A stretch of DNA of 64,000 nt. Origin: Octopus sinensis. Lineage: Eukaryota. Positions 52,593 to 64,000 of this stretch are shown here, one piece after another; position 1 is the stretch's first letter; the number at the start of each line of letters is the position of its first letter. The stretch is from positions 105,338,001 through 105,402,000 of the forward strand of contig NC_043005.1 in assembly GCF_006345805.1 (NCBI RefSeq), given 5' to 3'. The position numbers and the translations under genes were made by a program. A model generated the notes under the pieces. The model did no database searches and was not told where the DNA came from. It saw only the letters and a program-made list of their open reading frames with translations.

Positions 52593-53356
52593 TACCATAC
52601 AACACCCACAGAATCCTAACTCTCAGCCAATGAATATTTGGATGGTACTCAGATGACTTTTCTTTATATTCTGTTTGTGTTCAGAGCAGAGATTCACACA
52701 GACTACAGTCAAAACTACTCCTCTTGCAACTAAAACACTCTGTAAATGCATTCGTATATAATTTTTATCCTTTTTTCAAAGGCACAGCTGATTTAGTGAT
52801 GCCTTAGCACATTACTGGTACCATATTACATTCATGACTGGATTTAGAAAGGCAACATTAATCCTTGAAGGATTGCATTCAAGAAATGTTAGATAATTGA
52901 CGAAATATGTTAAAGTTCATACATATACATTGTTATCATCATTGTTTTTTAATATCATCATCATTATTGTAATCATTGTCATCAAAATGATAGGTTTTAT
53001 GTCTTTTTTTCCATGTTGGCTTGAGTTGTAAGGATCATTATTGAATATCATTTTACTTTTTAGGTTTTATTTTATTTACAACTAGACCTCTTTGTCTACT
53101 TTTTCAGTCTTATATCAATATATCTATAATGGCTAAGACTCTCATCAGAGTTCTAGGTGTTTCTGGTTCTATCACATACCTTGGATGAAGCAGTAGCCTT
53201 AGTTTTAGTTCTTATATATTCAGACAACCTAGGAATACTCGGCTAGAATCATACTGCTGGCTGGACCGACCCTATCAGAAAGTGTTAAAACCACACTGAT
53301 CTCCAGCCAACAGCTGCTCATGGGAATGTCTCACTCCAGCATCATCTCTATGCATA

Positions 53357-53357
<1 letters not shown>

Positions 53358-53404
<47 letters not shown>

Positions 53405-53410
53405 TAGTAG
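53358..53410. repeat. (AGT)n microsatellite
   Basis: Seen directly. Confidence 0.95.
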
Positions 53411-53734
53411 CAGCACTAGTAAATAAGTGTATATAATATATGTGTGTGTGTGTGTGTGTGTGTGTATCTCATTTCCTTTCTAATCCTATTTGAATACTTC
53501 CAACCATTGAATTAAAACAATTATTTGCATATGTAACCTAGCTCAATTAAAGTTAATTTTTTTTTTATTTAATTATGAATACATTGCATTTGTGTTCTAT
53601 TTATGTTAAGTAGCGTTGGAGAAATAGAGGGAGGCAGAGGTGAGATATTTGAAATCTAGGCCAAAGCAAGCAAGCACAAGAGGAAACATTATGTTTCTTT
53701 GCTTCTTTTTTTGCTTCATTTATTATTTTTTTAT

Positions 53735-53956
53735 GTATACATACATACATATACATACATACATACATACATACATACATACATACATACACACATACAT
53801 ACACACATACATACATACATACATACATACACACATACATACATACATACATACATACATACATACATACATACATACATACACACATACATACATACAT
53901 ACATACATACACACATACATACATACATACATACACATACATACATACACATACAT

Positions 53957-53989
<33 letters not shown>

Positions 53990-54045
53990 TACATACACAC
54001 ACACATACACACATACATACATACATACATACATACATACATACA

Positions 54046-54081
<36 letters not shown>

Positions 54082-54085
54082 TATA
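53735..54085. repeat. (TACA)n tetranucleotide array, ~350 bp
   Basis: Seen directly; occasional CACA variants. Confidence 0.97.
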
Positions 54086-55039
54086 TTATTTTAAAGATAA
54101 TGAGTGAATTTACAAACAATTACAGATAAATAGATCATAATAAATTGTCGAAATTTTTGTACTAATTGAAGAATTTCTACCTCACTGACTTGTTGACTAT
54201 CCTAGAATTACTTGATAGATGTATACAGTCACATATATGTAGGCATAAGCGTATAATATACTACATATACATAGACAAACGTATACCTACCCAATTATAG
54301 AAATTTATATTCACTGATAAATACTGGGACCTCCATATTATAATAAAATTATGTACAACCAGTTACACATAGAAAAGCATATATATACACATATACACAT
54401 ACATATATACATCTAGAATTTGAATTTCAATACATACATAAACACTCAGTCAAGTAAGTATAGTTAGACATTTCTATAAAGGTATATCCACTTACTTTTA
54501 ATTTTGGTTACACATATGAAAAGATGCAAGTAAAATAGTACTCGTGCAGATTCATAAATGCATAGACTTGCATATAAAAACAGTCATTCTCACATTATAC
54601 ACTCACACATATACACATATAAAAATCTATATACACAAACACACCTATACATATACATTAATTTATATATATATAAACTCATCTCTTGTACTCGTCTAGC
54701 AAGTGACTTGATCTGAAACTGTATTGAAAGTGAAGTAGTTTCATCACAGAAGACCCATTTATTTAATAACATACAAAGCTGTTAAATTCAATCTAAATTT
54801 ACTGCATGAGGTACCAGATTTTTCATCACACACCTGCTCACAGCATGGTCATTGACAGTTCCACACAGTTGTGCAACAAAAATTTTTTCACCTTATGAAA
54901 TAAATTTTAATTTAAAGTCAATTTACATTGTGCTGTTAAATGGCCCTTCCATGCTGTAGTTGCTGTATCATTTTGTATGCACACACACCTACTCACACAC
55001 GTGAGTGTTTATGTCATGTGAATGCGGGGGTGTGTGTGT

Positions 55040-55285
55040 ATGTTTGTGTCTCCTTGTCTTCATATTGCATAACAGTTGAAAATGAGCATCACTGTCTTAG
55101 AAGCAATGTCATTCATTTTCAATTTCCTGCAGAAACATGTCTGGCCATGGGAATATATTATCTTGCTTACAAGGTGGTGGAGGGTTGGCAACAGGAAGGG
55201 CATGCTGTTGTAGAAAATCTGCTTCAATAAACTCTATTAACTCATAGAAAAGTGGATATTAAAATAATGATGATGATGATGATGA
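55040..55285 (+). mobile_element. SINE 3' part (aggaagggcat-type, (GAT)n tail)
   Basis: tgtctccttgtcttc...aaacatgtctggccatggg...gttggcaacaggaagggcatg...gtagaaaatctgc; related pieces at ~38700-38990, 56690-56830 and 58170-58325. Confidence 0.65.
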
Positions 55286-55850
55286 TATATCAAATGGTAT
55301 TTAATAAATGCATTGATATAAGATGCATTCCATATATTTGATAAAAAACTTCTGAAGAAGAACAATGAATTTTTTATTAAAAATAGTTTAAAGGATTGGA
55401 TCCAAAGAGAATTTGAGTTTAAAATGATAAGCACTACTTTCTGTGATTATAGAAAGAAACTCCAGCTACTCTTTTATGAAACCACTGTGTGCCTATCCTG
55501 TCAGAACTGCCAGTGTTTCACACATATATTAGAAGTTATACCATGACTTATGCCAAGGAATGTGGATAAATTTTACAGGGTTTATCACCCATTGTTTATT
55601 TACTTCAGTTCATTTGTGAATGATAGAGGCACTGAAAGTCCATTGAAAACTTCAAGGAGTAGAATTCAATGCTCTCTTCATTCATTCAACCACTGAACTC
55701 CATGATAAAAGAATTATGTAAACAAGACATGTAAATTAAAAATGTGCGTGTATGTAAAGATTTTAACTTTATATATTTCTTTCCTGTTCTGCACACTGAA
55801 AGAAACACATACACGCATGCACACACACACACCCACACACACCCACACAT

Positions 55851-56073
55851 TCTTTTATCCTTTTACTTGTTTCAATCATCACACTGCTGCCATGCTGGAG
55901 CACCACCTTGAGGAATTTTTTGGGGTTGAAATAATTGACCCCAGTCCATATTTTGAAACCTAGTACTTATTCTATTGGTTTCTTTAGCTGAACTGCTAAG
56001 TTACAGGTATGTAAACACACCAACACGAGTTGTCAAGAGATGGTGGGGGACAAACAGACACAAAGACACATAC

Positions 56074-56139
<66 letters not shown>

Positions 56140-56570
56140 CAAAGTTTGTTTGCCAACATAACATAGCAGTCCTGGTTTAGGATGAATGTTGCTGTAATGT
56201 AGCCCCAGGAGAGCTCCTGGAGCTAAATTACAGCAACATTCGTCCTAAACCATGACTGTTATGTTATGTTGGCAAACAATCTTTACTCTAGAGTACTGTT
56301 GCTGAATATCTCTCATTGAGAGATTTACAAATAGTAATTTTCCAATATATATATATATATATATATAGATGTTATTATTATTCAATCCAAGGAAAAAACA
56401 ATTTCACTCAGAGGGATGGAACCCCCCCCCCCACATACACACATATACGATGGGCTTCTTTCAGTTTCTGTCAACCAAATCCTCATAAGGCTTTGGTCAG
56501 TTTGAGATTATAGTAGAAGACATTTGCACAAGGTTCCATGCAGTGGGACTGAACCCAGAGCCATAAGGTT
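55851..56570 (-). mobile_element. SINE-B interrupted in its internal microsatellite by a foldback element and extra sequence
   Basis: 3' half at 55851-56065 and head half at ~56440-56570. Confidence 0.75.
56141..56284. mobile_element. foldback (hairpin) MITE-like element
   Basis: 71-bp arms (56141-56211, 56214-56284) that are reverse complements with 6 mismatches, 2-nt spacer; TA repeat on the left. Confidence 0.8.
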
Positions 56571-58351
56571 ATGATGGCAAGTTACATCATATGCTTGAGA
56601 ACCACTTCACCACAAGCAAAACTCAGAAAAACAAAAAACTGACTTGACCAAAATTAAGATGTATTATGTGTGTATATCACTGATTTCCCATCATCATTGT
56701 TTTAATGTCCACTTTTCCATGCTTGTCTGCATCAAATGAAGTTTATTTAAGCAGGTTTCCTACAGCTAGATGCAGTTCCTGTTCCCAGCACTCATCTGTT
56801 TCCAAGTGAGGTAATATTTTCTCATAGCCAGACAATTTCTCGTAGAATATCGGATAGAAATAACATTTACTTACAACATTCATACCATGTCAAGATATAA
56901 GGACACAAATATACACATACTCAGTCACACACTCACAAACACACACACACATTGCATACAAAGAGTTGTTCAGCCCCAGCCTGTAATAGAAGACACCTGC
57001 CCATCGTGTCATGCAGTGAGACTGAACCCAAAACCATGTGGTTGGAAAGCAAGCTTCTTAATCATGCACCCACCTCTGTGCCTAAAGCCACATTTGGGTA
57101 TTAGTATATATATATATGAAGTCATGAATTTAGGCCATGGTCAGTTTTTGATGAACTGTGGAATTTACACAATCTGTCTCAGATGAAGTATACAGTTATA
57201 ACCAATATTTAAACCCGGCTCCATCCTTGTAATATGATATAATAATGAGGTTATATTATTACTGATATTTAAACAAAATATATTTTCATATCACATGTCA
57301 TACTCTGCAATTATTAGCAATAATATGGGACATACTATGGTCATTCACAGACACCCTGATTAGTTATTTGAAATATTTAGATGTCAGTCACTTCAGATTG
57401 AAACACAAGTTCTTTTCAGTTATTACCAATATTAATCCAGTGATCAATCTCGTTATATCAATATCCAGTTATTACCAACAGTAATAACTGGACATATGTA
57501 GATCAACCCACTTATGATTAGACCCTGATCAATTAGTCTCGTTATTGTAATGATTTGGACTCTTGTCAGTTTAACATAGACTTTAAACCAATAAATGTAT
57601 GTGTGCATCTAAAGTCAATGTTATGTGTACTTGTGGTCTAATGTGAATTTAAAGTTACTTGCATTATACCAGATATGGTAATATTTCTTATATTTAGACC
57701 AAGTAGATGAATACTAAGTAGAAGTCAATGAGTAGAAGAGATATTTTTTAGATTTTTCCACAGTAACTTCAAGCTGCATTTTACCAATGTTTCTCCTAGG
57801 GATCAAACCAGCTGTGATGATTGAAAGCTGATGGACAAATTGTCATGCTTAAGCTTTTTAAAAATGTCCAACACCATGGCAAAGAAAGAATATAATGTAT
57901 GGATGCATATTTTTTGGTGTATGTATATGTTTGGGTTAGTATTTGTCAATTTGCTGCTAGAAGCAGTCCAGAAGATGTGGATTCTTATAAATGTTCTGCA
58001 ATGTTCACAAATTTGTGATTTAAGATATTCTACATTGTTCATTAACCTTCATAAGTATGGTAAATTGTTTTTTTAGATTTATTAATTATTGTTATTGTAG
58101 GTACTCAACTGTACAGTTGACTCACTATATCATCTCCATAATTTTAACATCTACTTTTCTATGCTAACAAGAAGTTGACAAAATTTGTTTAGGCAAATTT
58201 TCAACAGTTTGATGTCCTTCCTGTCACCAACCTTCACTTTTTTCGAACAAGGTCATATTTCCCCATGGCCAAACATCTTTTTCATGGAAAACTAGAAACA
58301 AACATCACTTGTATGATGGTGATACTCATTTATAACCATAAAAAAAAAAGA

Positions 58352-58684
58352 CCCCTTACGGTCATGAATGACCATGGGATTGCACCTAGAAAGTTCTCCT
58401 CTGAGGCACAAGTCCAAGCAAGGTTAGTTTTATGGAAGACCAGCAGTTGCCCATGCCCACCAGTCTCCCTTCTCCATGCCACTGATGCTATCCAAGGGAA
58501 AGGCAAAGGACAATAAAGCTTGGGGCCATGGACATTACAACTCCTTTCTACAGCTGAGTGAACTGGAGCAGCAGGAAGTAAATTATCTTGCTCAAGAACA
58601 CAACATATTGTGTAGTCCAGGAATCAAATTCACTACTTCAGGATTGTGAGCCTGATGTTCTAACCACTGAGTCATGAGCCTTCA
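58352..58684 (-). mobile_element. SINE-G, near full length
   Basis: tRNA-like head gaaggctcatgactcagtggttagaac...tttgattcctgg followed by gtgttcttgagcaag. Confidence 0.75.
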
Positions 58685-58759
58685 TAACCATCACATGATG
58701 TCAAAACAAGTGTACACACACACACACACACGCACATGCACACACACAAACACACATGC

Positions 58760-58915
58760 ACACACACACACGTCAGTTTCTATGTACCAAATCCACTTAC
58801 AAGTCTTTGGCTGGCCTAGGGCTATTGTGGAAGACACTTGCCCAAGGTGCCTCACAATGGACTGAGCCTAAAAACCACATCATTAAGAAGCAAGTTTCTT
58901 AGCCATGCCCCTGTG
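58760..58915 (-). mobile_element. SINE-B head half
   Basis: tcagtttctatgtaccaaatccac...gaagacacttgcccaaggtgcc. Confidence 0.75.
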
Positions 58916-61249
58916 TATATACCTGCAGTTACGCTTGCCTCTGTTGTATACTCTCACAAATATAGTTTGACAGAACATGTTGCTTATGGGTACACCACCC
59001 CAGAGTGCAATTTTCATCTTATTACACGGATGATCTGAGTTCATCAAACATTTTCAACTTAGTACATTACATATGTAAGATGCTTATATATATTTATAGA
59101 GCATGCTGAATCATTCCTTGAGGCATTTTCCATCAGCCATATTATTATTATTTTTGATATTCAATGTTGCTGTTTTCCCTCTGTTTATGCTGATCACTAA
59201 GTGTTGCTAACTGACATGGGCATCTCGCACAGAGGAAACCTAATAAGACAGAAACATGTCCCTTATTTTCACCAGTTGACTTTAAAGACAAAATTTATTC
59301 CTAACTATATTGTCGTTATTTTCCAAAAATTTGAAATATTTGATTTTATTTGAATTACACACCTTCCTTGTTGTTTTTAAGTTTAAACCGAACTGGCTGT
59401 ATATTTTTTGCCTTCTAATTACTAGAATAATATAAGTTTATTGAAGCTTTTCAGTTCACTATACTACATATATGAGATCCTGTAATGAGTGAATCATCAT
59501 ACACATTCTGTTTGTATAAGAATTCTAAAGGTAATATGCTAAACTGGTGTATTATCTAGTGCTCTATGGGACGATTTGAGATTTTGAGCATTATATGCTC
59601 TGAAAACTCTTGTTTCTTATATATTGATCCTCACTGTTATCTACAATGCAGTGTACCTTAGCATGTGCACGCACACACGCATGCAAATGCACATGCCACA
59701 TGCATGCACATATATATACACTCTTTCACACACTTGCATAAATGTATAAATAATCGCAATAGTGAATACTGATGCTTATATCTACACACATATACATAGG
59801 TGATCAGAATACATATAGTCAACAGTCTACAATACAGATACATGCATGCACAATCATGCATGTAACTACAAAATACTCTGCAAATGCACACATTTGCATA
59901 CATGGATTCTGACTCTCACACACAGATGATGGAACATAACAACACTTATACATATTCAGATATATATATACAGGTGACTAAAAGCATACCCATTCAGCCA
60001 TGGACTGCACCCACATACACATACACACACACATACACACACACCTATACAAAACATATACATTCACCTCCACCTTCTAACAACCTCCATCCAATTACTG
60101 TATCTCACTGGTAATTTGATTCTGTAAGCTGTATATTATTTATTTACCATTTCCATAGAGCTCAGTTGCTAAGCAACAGACAGACGCATATACACCTGCA
60201 CGCATACACACACACCTATGTGTGTGTGTGCATACATACATACATATATATATATATTTATATACAAACACACGCACACACACAGACACACACATACACA
60301 CACACTCACACACACACTTATTGTTTACATTCTTACAATCAAATGCATACACCTTCACCTAGACATTACTCTCATGCATATACATTATATAAACACCCAG
60401 GAACATGTAAATGCATCCTCTCAGATACATGCACTCATACATACAGTTAGACACATAAAAGTATGCATATATATATATATTACATGTGCTCATAGACTTG
60501 TGTACACACACATTATTCATTGAAATATGTACATAAATGCCTACACTCAATTACATCTACCTTCTTTATCTATCTCCTCTCCATGTCCTTTACTGGCTCA
60601 ATAACACCAATACACTTTATTACTGCACACAAAGCTGCTTCAAATCCTGCAGGTCAGTAGAGTATATGCTAAGGGATCAGACCTTTCCATTCCTTTCTGC
60701 TTGGCTTTTTGTACTGTTTCTTTTTGTCTCATCAACTGTGGTTATCAATTACAATGACTTGCATCATTAGATAGTTAATCATTTTACAAATGTTCATTAT
60801 AGCTGGTCCTTAGCAATTGTTTCCAGAGCATTAAATTTAATTGAAATAAATATCGCCACTGTATTGAACACTTAAAACCTGATATCTACCTATTCCTTTT
60901 AAGGGTATGAAGTATGTAGAATAACATCTGGCCAGTGATGAGATGGAATTCCTATAACAGATATGACAACCACACAGTTGATAATTCAATGCCTCATCAC
61001 TCAGTCTTATAAACTTTTACAAAGAAGCTGAGGCTTTGGTGAGACCTATACCAAGTCCTGAAATAGTTTTATTGTTGTTTTGTTTCCTACAAAAGTTCCT
61101 CTATGGAATCTTTTGTGGCTGTCTAAGAACCAACATTAAAAACTTTAAAGTTTATGTTGAAATTTAGTTTCTCATATATATTTCTAAATTTTACTGTGTG
61201 TTTGTTAAAGATTTCAAATGTCATTTACATACATACAGTTGTTTGGAGC

Positions 61250-61282
<33 letters not shown>

Positions 61283-61904
61283 AAGTTCTCTCACCTATGT
61301 TTGTACATTGTTCAAAACTACTATGGCTTATTTTTTCCCTGAATCTACTCACCATGATGCAACATGCACAAACACCCATACATAGGCAAATATACAGTCA
61401 TACATACATCAAAACACAGTTAGTTATTACAATCAAATTAAGTTGGTAAATACAATAAAACAAAAACTCGGTTAATTACTGACAATTATTTTTAATTTCT
61501 TTTTTTAGAAATATTTCTGTCAAATTCTTTTTAACATTGTTCTTGCCCAGGTTTAACCACCACCCTATCAGTAAAAATGTCACAGAGAACTTCAACATAG
61601 CAGCTTGATATGTGTTGCTTAACATAGCAGTAAACATCTCCATCCTCAACATTAAGGACCCAATGTTTAAGTTATTTGAAAACATGTTCCATAATAAGGT
61701 TAAGAGGCAAAAAGCTGGAATATTGATCTAATAGTGAAATTTGACCCAAACCAATAAAGCTGATAGCTAAAATGTAAAAGCATTATTTCTCCCTTTTTCT
61801 TTGCAAATCACCAACAAGTGCCACCAGGATTTTCTTTTCTTTCTTTAACTAAAAGAAGTAAACATGAGTCCCTTGAAAATTCTTGCTTTGTACATAATTA
61901 TTTG

Positions 61905-62275
61905 GCTAAGAAGCTCACTTTACAACCCTGTCATTTTTGGTTCAGTTCCTACAGTGCAGTACCTTGGGCAAATGTCTTCCATTATAGCCCTGGGTTGACA
62001 AATACCCCATGAATGAATTTGGTATACAGAACCTGTGCAGAAACCATCATGTATATACGTGTGCCTTTGTTCCCCTGCTTCCACTGTTTGTTAGTTTCTT
62101 TACATCCCTGTAACTTAGTAGTTCAACAAAATAGATCAATAGAATTAGTACCAGGCTTAAAAAATAAATACTGGGGTTGATTTGTTTCACTAAACCCTTC
62201 AAGGTAGTGTCCCAGGAATGTCACAGTCCAGTGACTGAAACAGGTGAAAAATAAAAGATAGAAATACATCCTTCA
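61905..62275 (+). mobile_element. old SINE-B copy
   Basis: ggttcagttcc...accttgggcaaatgtcttcc...gtaacttag...ctggggttgatttg...gactgaaacaggtgaaaa. Confidence 0.7.
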
Positions 62276-62331
62276 GTACATCACCATCTATCTCAAGTTT
62301 CTAAGTTCATGCCCTTATTTCCCTTAGCTAA

Positions 62332-62369
<38 letters not shown>

Positions 62370-62594
62370 GTGTATGCATGCGTGTGTTTTGGGCTGCTAC
62401 ATAGTTTATGACATTCACAATGCATGGTTGATCTGAGGTTATAGTAAAAGACACTTTTACTAAATGCCACTCATTGGGATCAAACCCAACAACTGACAAT
62501 TGTGACGCAAACTTCTTAACAACTCAGCCATGCTTTCTCTTAAATGTATTCACGTGCGCACACACACACACTCACACATGCAGGTTGTGTGTGT

Positions 62595-62995
62595 ATCATC
62601 ATCATCATCATCATTCTCATCATCGTTTAAACGTTCGCTTTCCATGCTGGTATGGGTTGGACGGTTCAACTGGGGTCTTGGAAGCCAGAAGGCTGCACCA
62701 GGCCCAGTCTGATCTGGCAGTGTTTCTACAGCTGGATGCCCTTCCTAACGCCAACCACTCCGTGAGTGTAGTGGGTGCTTTTTACGTGCCACCGGCACAG
62801 GTGCCAGACGAGGCTGGCAAACGGCCACGATCAGTTGGTGCTTTTTACATGCCACCGGCACGGGGACCAGACGAAGCTTGCAATGGCCACGGTTGGATGG
62901 TGCTTTTTACGTGCCACCGGCACAAATGCCAGTCGGGCGGCACTGGCCACAGCCACGTTCGGATGGTTCTCTTACATGCCACCAGCACTGGTATC
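62595..62995 (-). mobile_element. SINE-C, young, with four ~62-66 bp internal units
   Basis: (CAT)n tail; ggatgcccttcctaacgccaacc core; ggtgctttttac-type unit starts at 62774, 62837, 62899 and 62965. Confidence 0.85.
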
Positions 62996-63912
62996 ACAGT
63001 GTGTATATATATATATATATAAAATACATGCAAACATGCACACACACACACACACACACATACACACAAAAGTTGCTATAAATAATCTAGAGTTGTTCTT
63101 ATGAAGATATATTCAGTTTTATAAAATCTTATATGAATTCTCTTGAAAAGTTAATTTCTGTATCAGAAATTGAATTGTTTTCCACTAGGCTTTTAACAGT
63201 CCAGTGTATAATAAAAGCACTGTTCTATAGATATGTGCTGAATATGTTGATAGAAGTAACATCAGATGTCCACTTCATGGCAAGTGCACCACATGTCTAC
63301 TTAATGGCCAATGCACCACAGAGACTGCTGTATATGGGGTCATGACAGAAGGGTTAGAGCAGAGAACCATCACCATACTTTTCATACCAGCATTTCTTAC
63401 TGGGTCTTTTCTGATTTCTTGGGAGCATAACCAATTGGTGAAATTGGCTAAAATGGATCTACAACACTATATTGACAAAATATGAATAGACCCTTTTTAT
63501 TGACACATATATGAGTGCCTGTTTTCTCAGATTAATGGTTTCTTAGATGACTCTTTCTTTCTTTGTATGTATGTATGTGCGCATGTGTGTATGTGTTTAT
63601 GTGTGTCTGTGTATATATAAAACACACACACACACATGCTCACACATCTACACATACACACACAAACTCTATTTCAAAGCTTTACATGCAGGCAGAGATC
63701 TTAAAACACCTCACTTCATTCATTAAAAAACTGGACCCATTAAAATATTAATTTCCACCCCCCACTGCCAACATATCGGACTGCACACCTCCACTGTATT
63801 TATTTGTCTCATGTGTCACCATTTTCTATGTCTGTATTGTGAGGTTTGCAATTTTGATAAGTGACTTTGATGAGTTCATCCGAAGCTTGGTGGAGATGGG
63901 TCGGTTGTGCAG

Positions 63913-63922
63913 GTCACGTGAC
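63913..63922. promoter_or_regulatory. GTCACGTGAC palindromic E-box (USF/TFE-type)
   Basis: Perfect 10-bp palindrome in a small CpG-containing patch at the window end. Confidence 0.2.
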
Positions 63923-64000
63923 TGTTGCATAGAAATTAGTACTTAGTTGTCTTCTGTTGAACTCTGAGTGAATTTAATCCCATCAATGCTTAACAAACCA

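Noticed and set aside
57831-58076. Small membrane or secreted peptide ORFs
   Set aside because: The hydrophobic look comes from T/G-rich composition; there is no supporting gene structure.
62774-62995. CRISPR-like array (conserved core plus variable linker)
   Set aside because: Eukaryotic context, lies inside a SINE, linkers are related to each other, and there are no cas genes.
1-64000. Most ORFs in the supplied track (YI, VC, TH, MYVC repeats)
   Set aside because: They are translations of stop-free microsatellites, not genes.

Overview
Eukaryotic, very AT-rich, repeat-dominated and almost entirely non-coding window with one 100-N assembly gap (14350-14449). The interspersed repeats look like the tRNA-derived SINE families I recall from octopus genomes, so the source is probably an octopod cephalopod (inference, not a database result). 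I cannot assign any host protein-coding gene; nearly all ORFs in the supplied track are translations of (TA)n, (TG)n or (TACA)n microsatellites. Supportable content: many SINE copies of several families (working labels A-G, some with clear target-site duplications), a mariner transposase remnant with its terminal inverted repeat (TIR), a short mariner-type MITE, a ~145-bp foldback element, LINE remnants, and a full-length decayed U6 snRNA copy. There are also a few candidate exons and CpG-retaining, promoter-like patches. The best leads are (1) the U6 copy joined head-to-tail, 3 nt apart, to a full-length SINE; (2) a minimal type I hammerhead-ribozyme-like motif in a Penelope-like repeat end, with a possible GIY-YIG remnant upstream on the same strand; (3) a dimeric SINE apparently mobilised as a unit; (4) the nested foldback MITE; and (5) an old ~250-bp non-TE direct duplication. 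No CRISPR array, rRNA or true tRNA gene was seen. All identities quoted are by-eye or hand counts against sequences recalled from memory.
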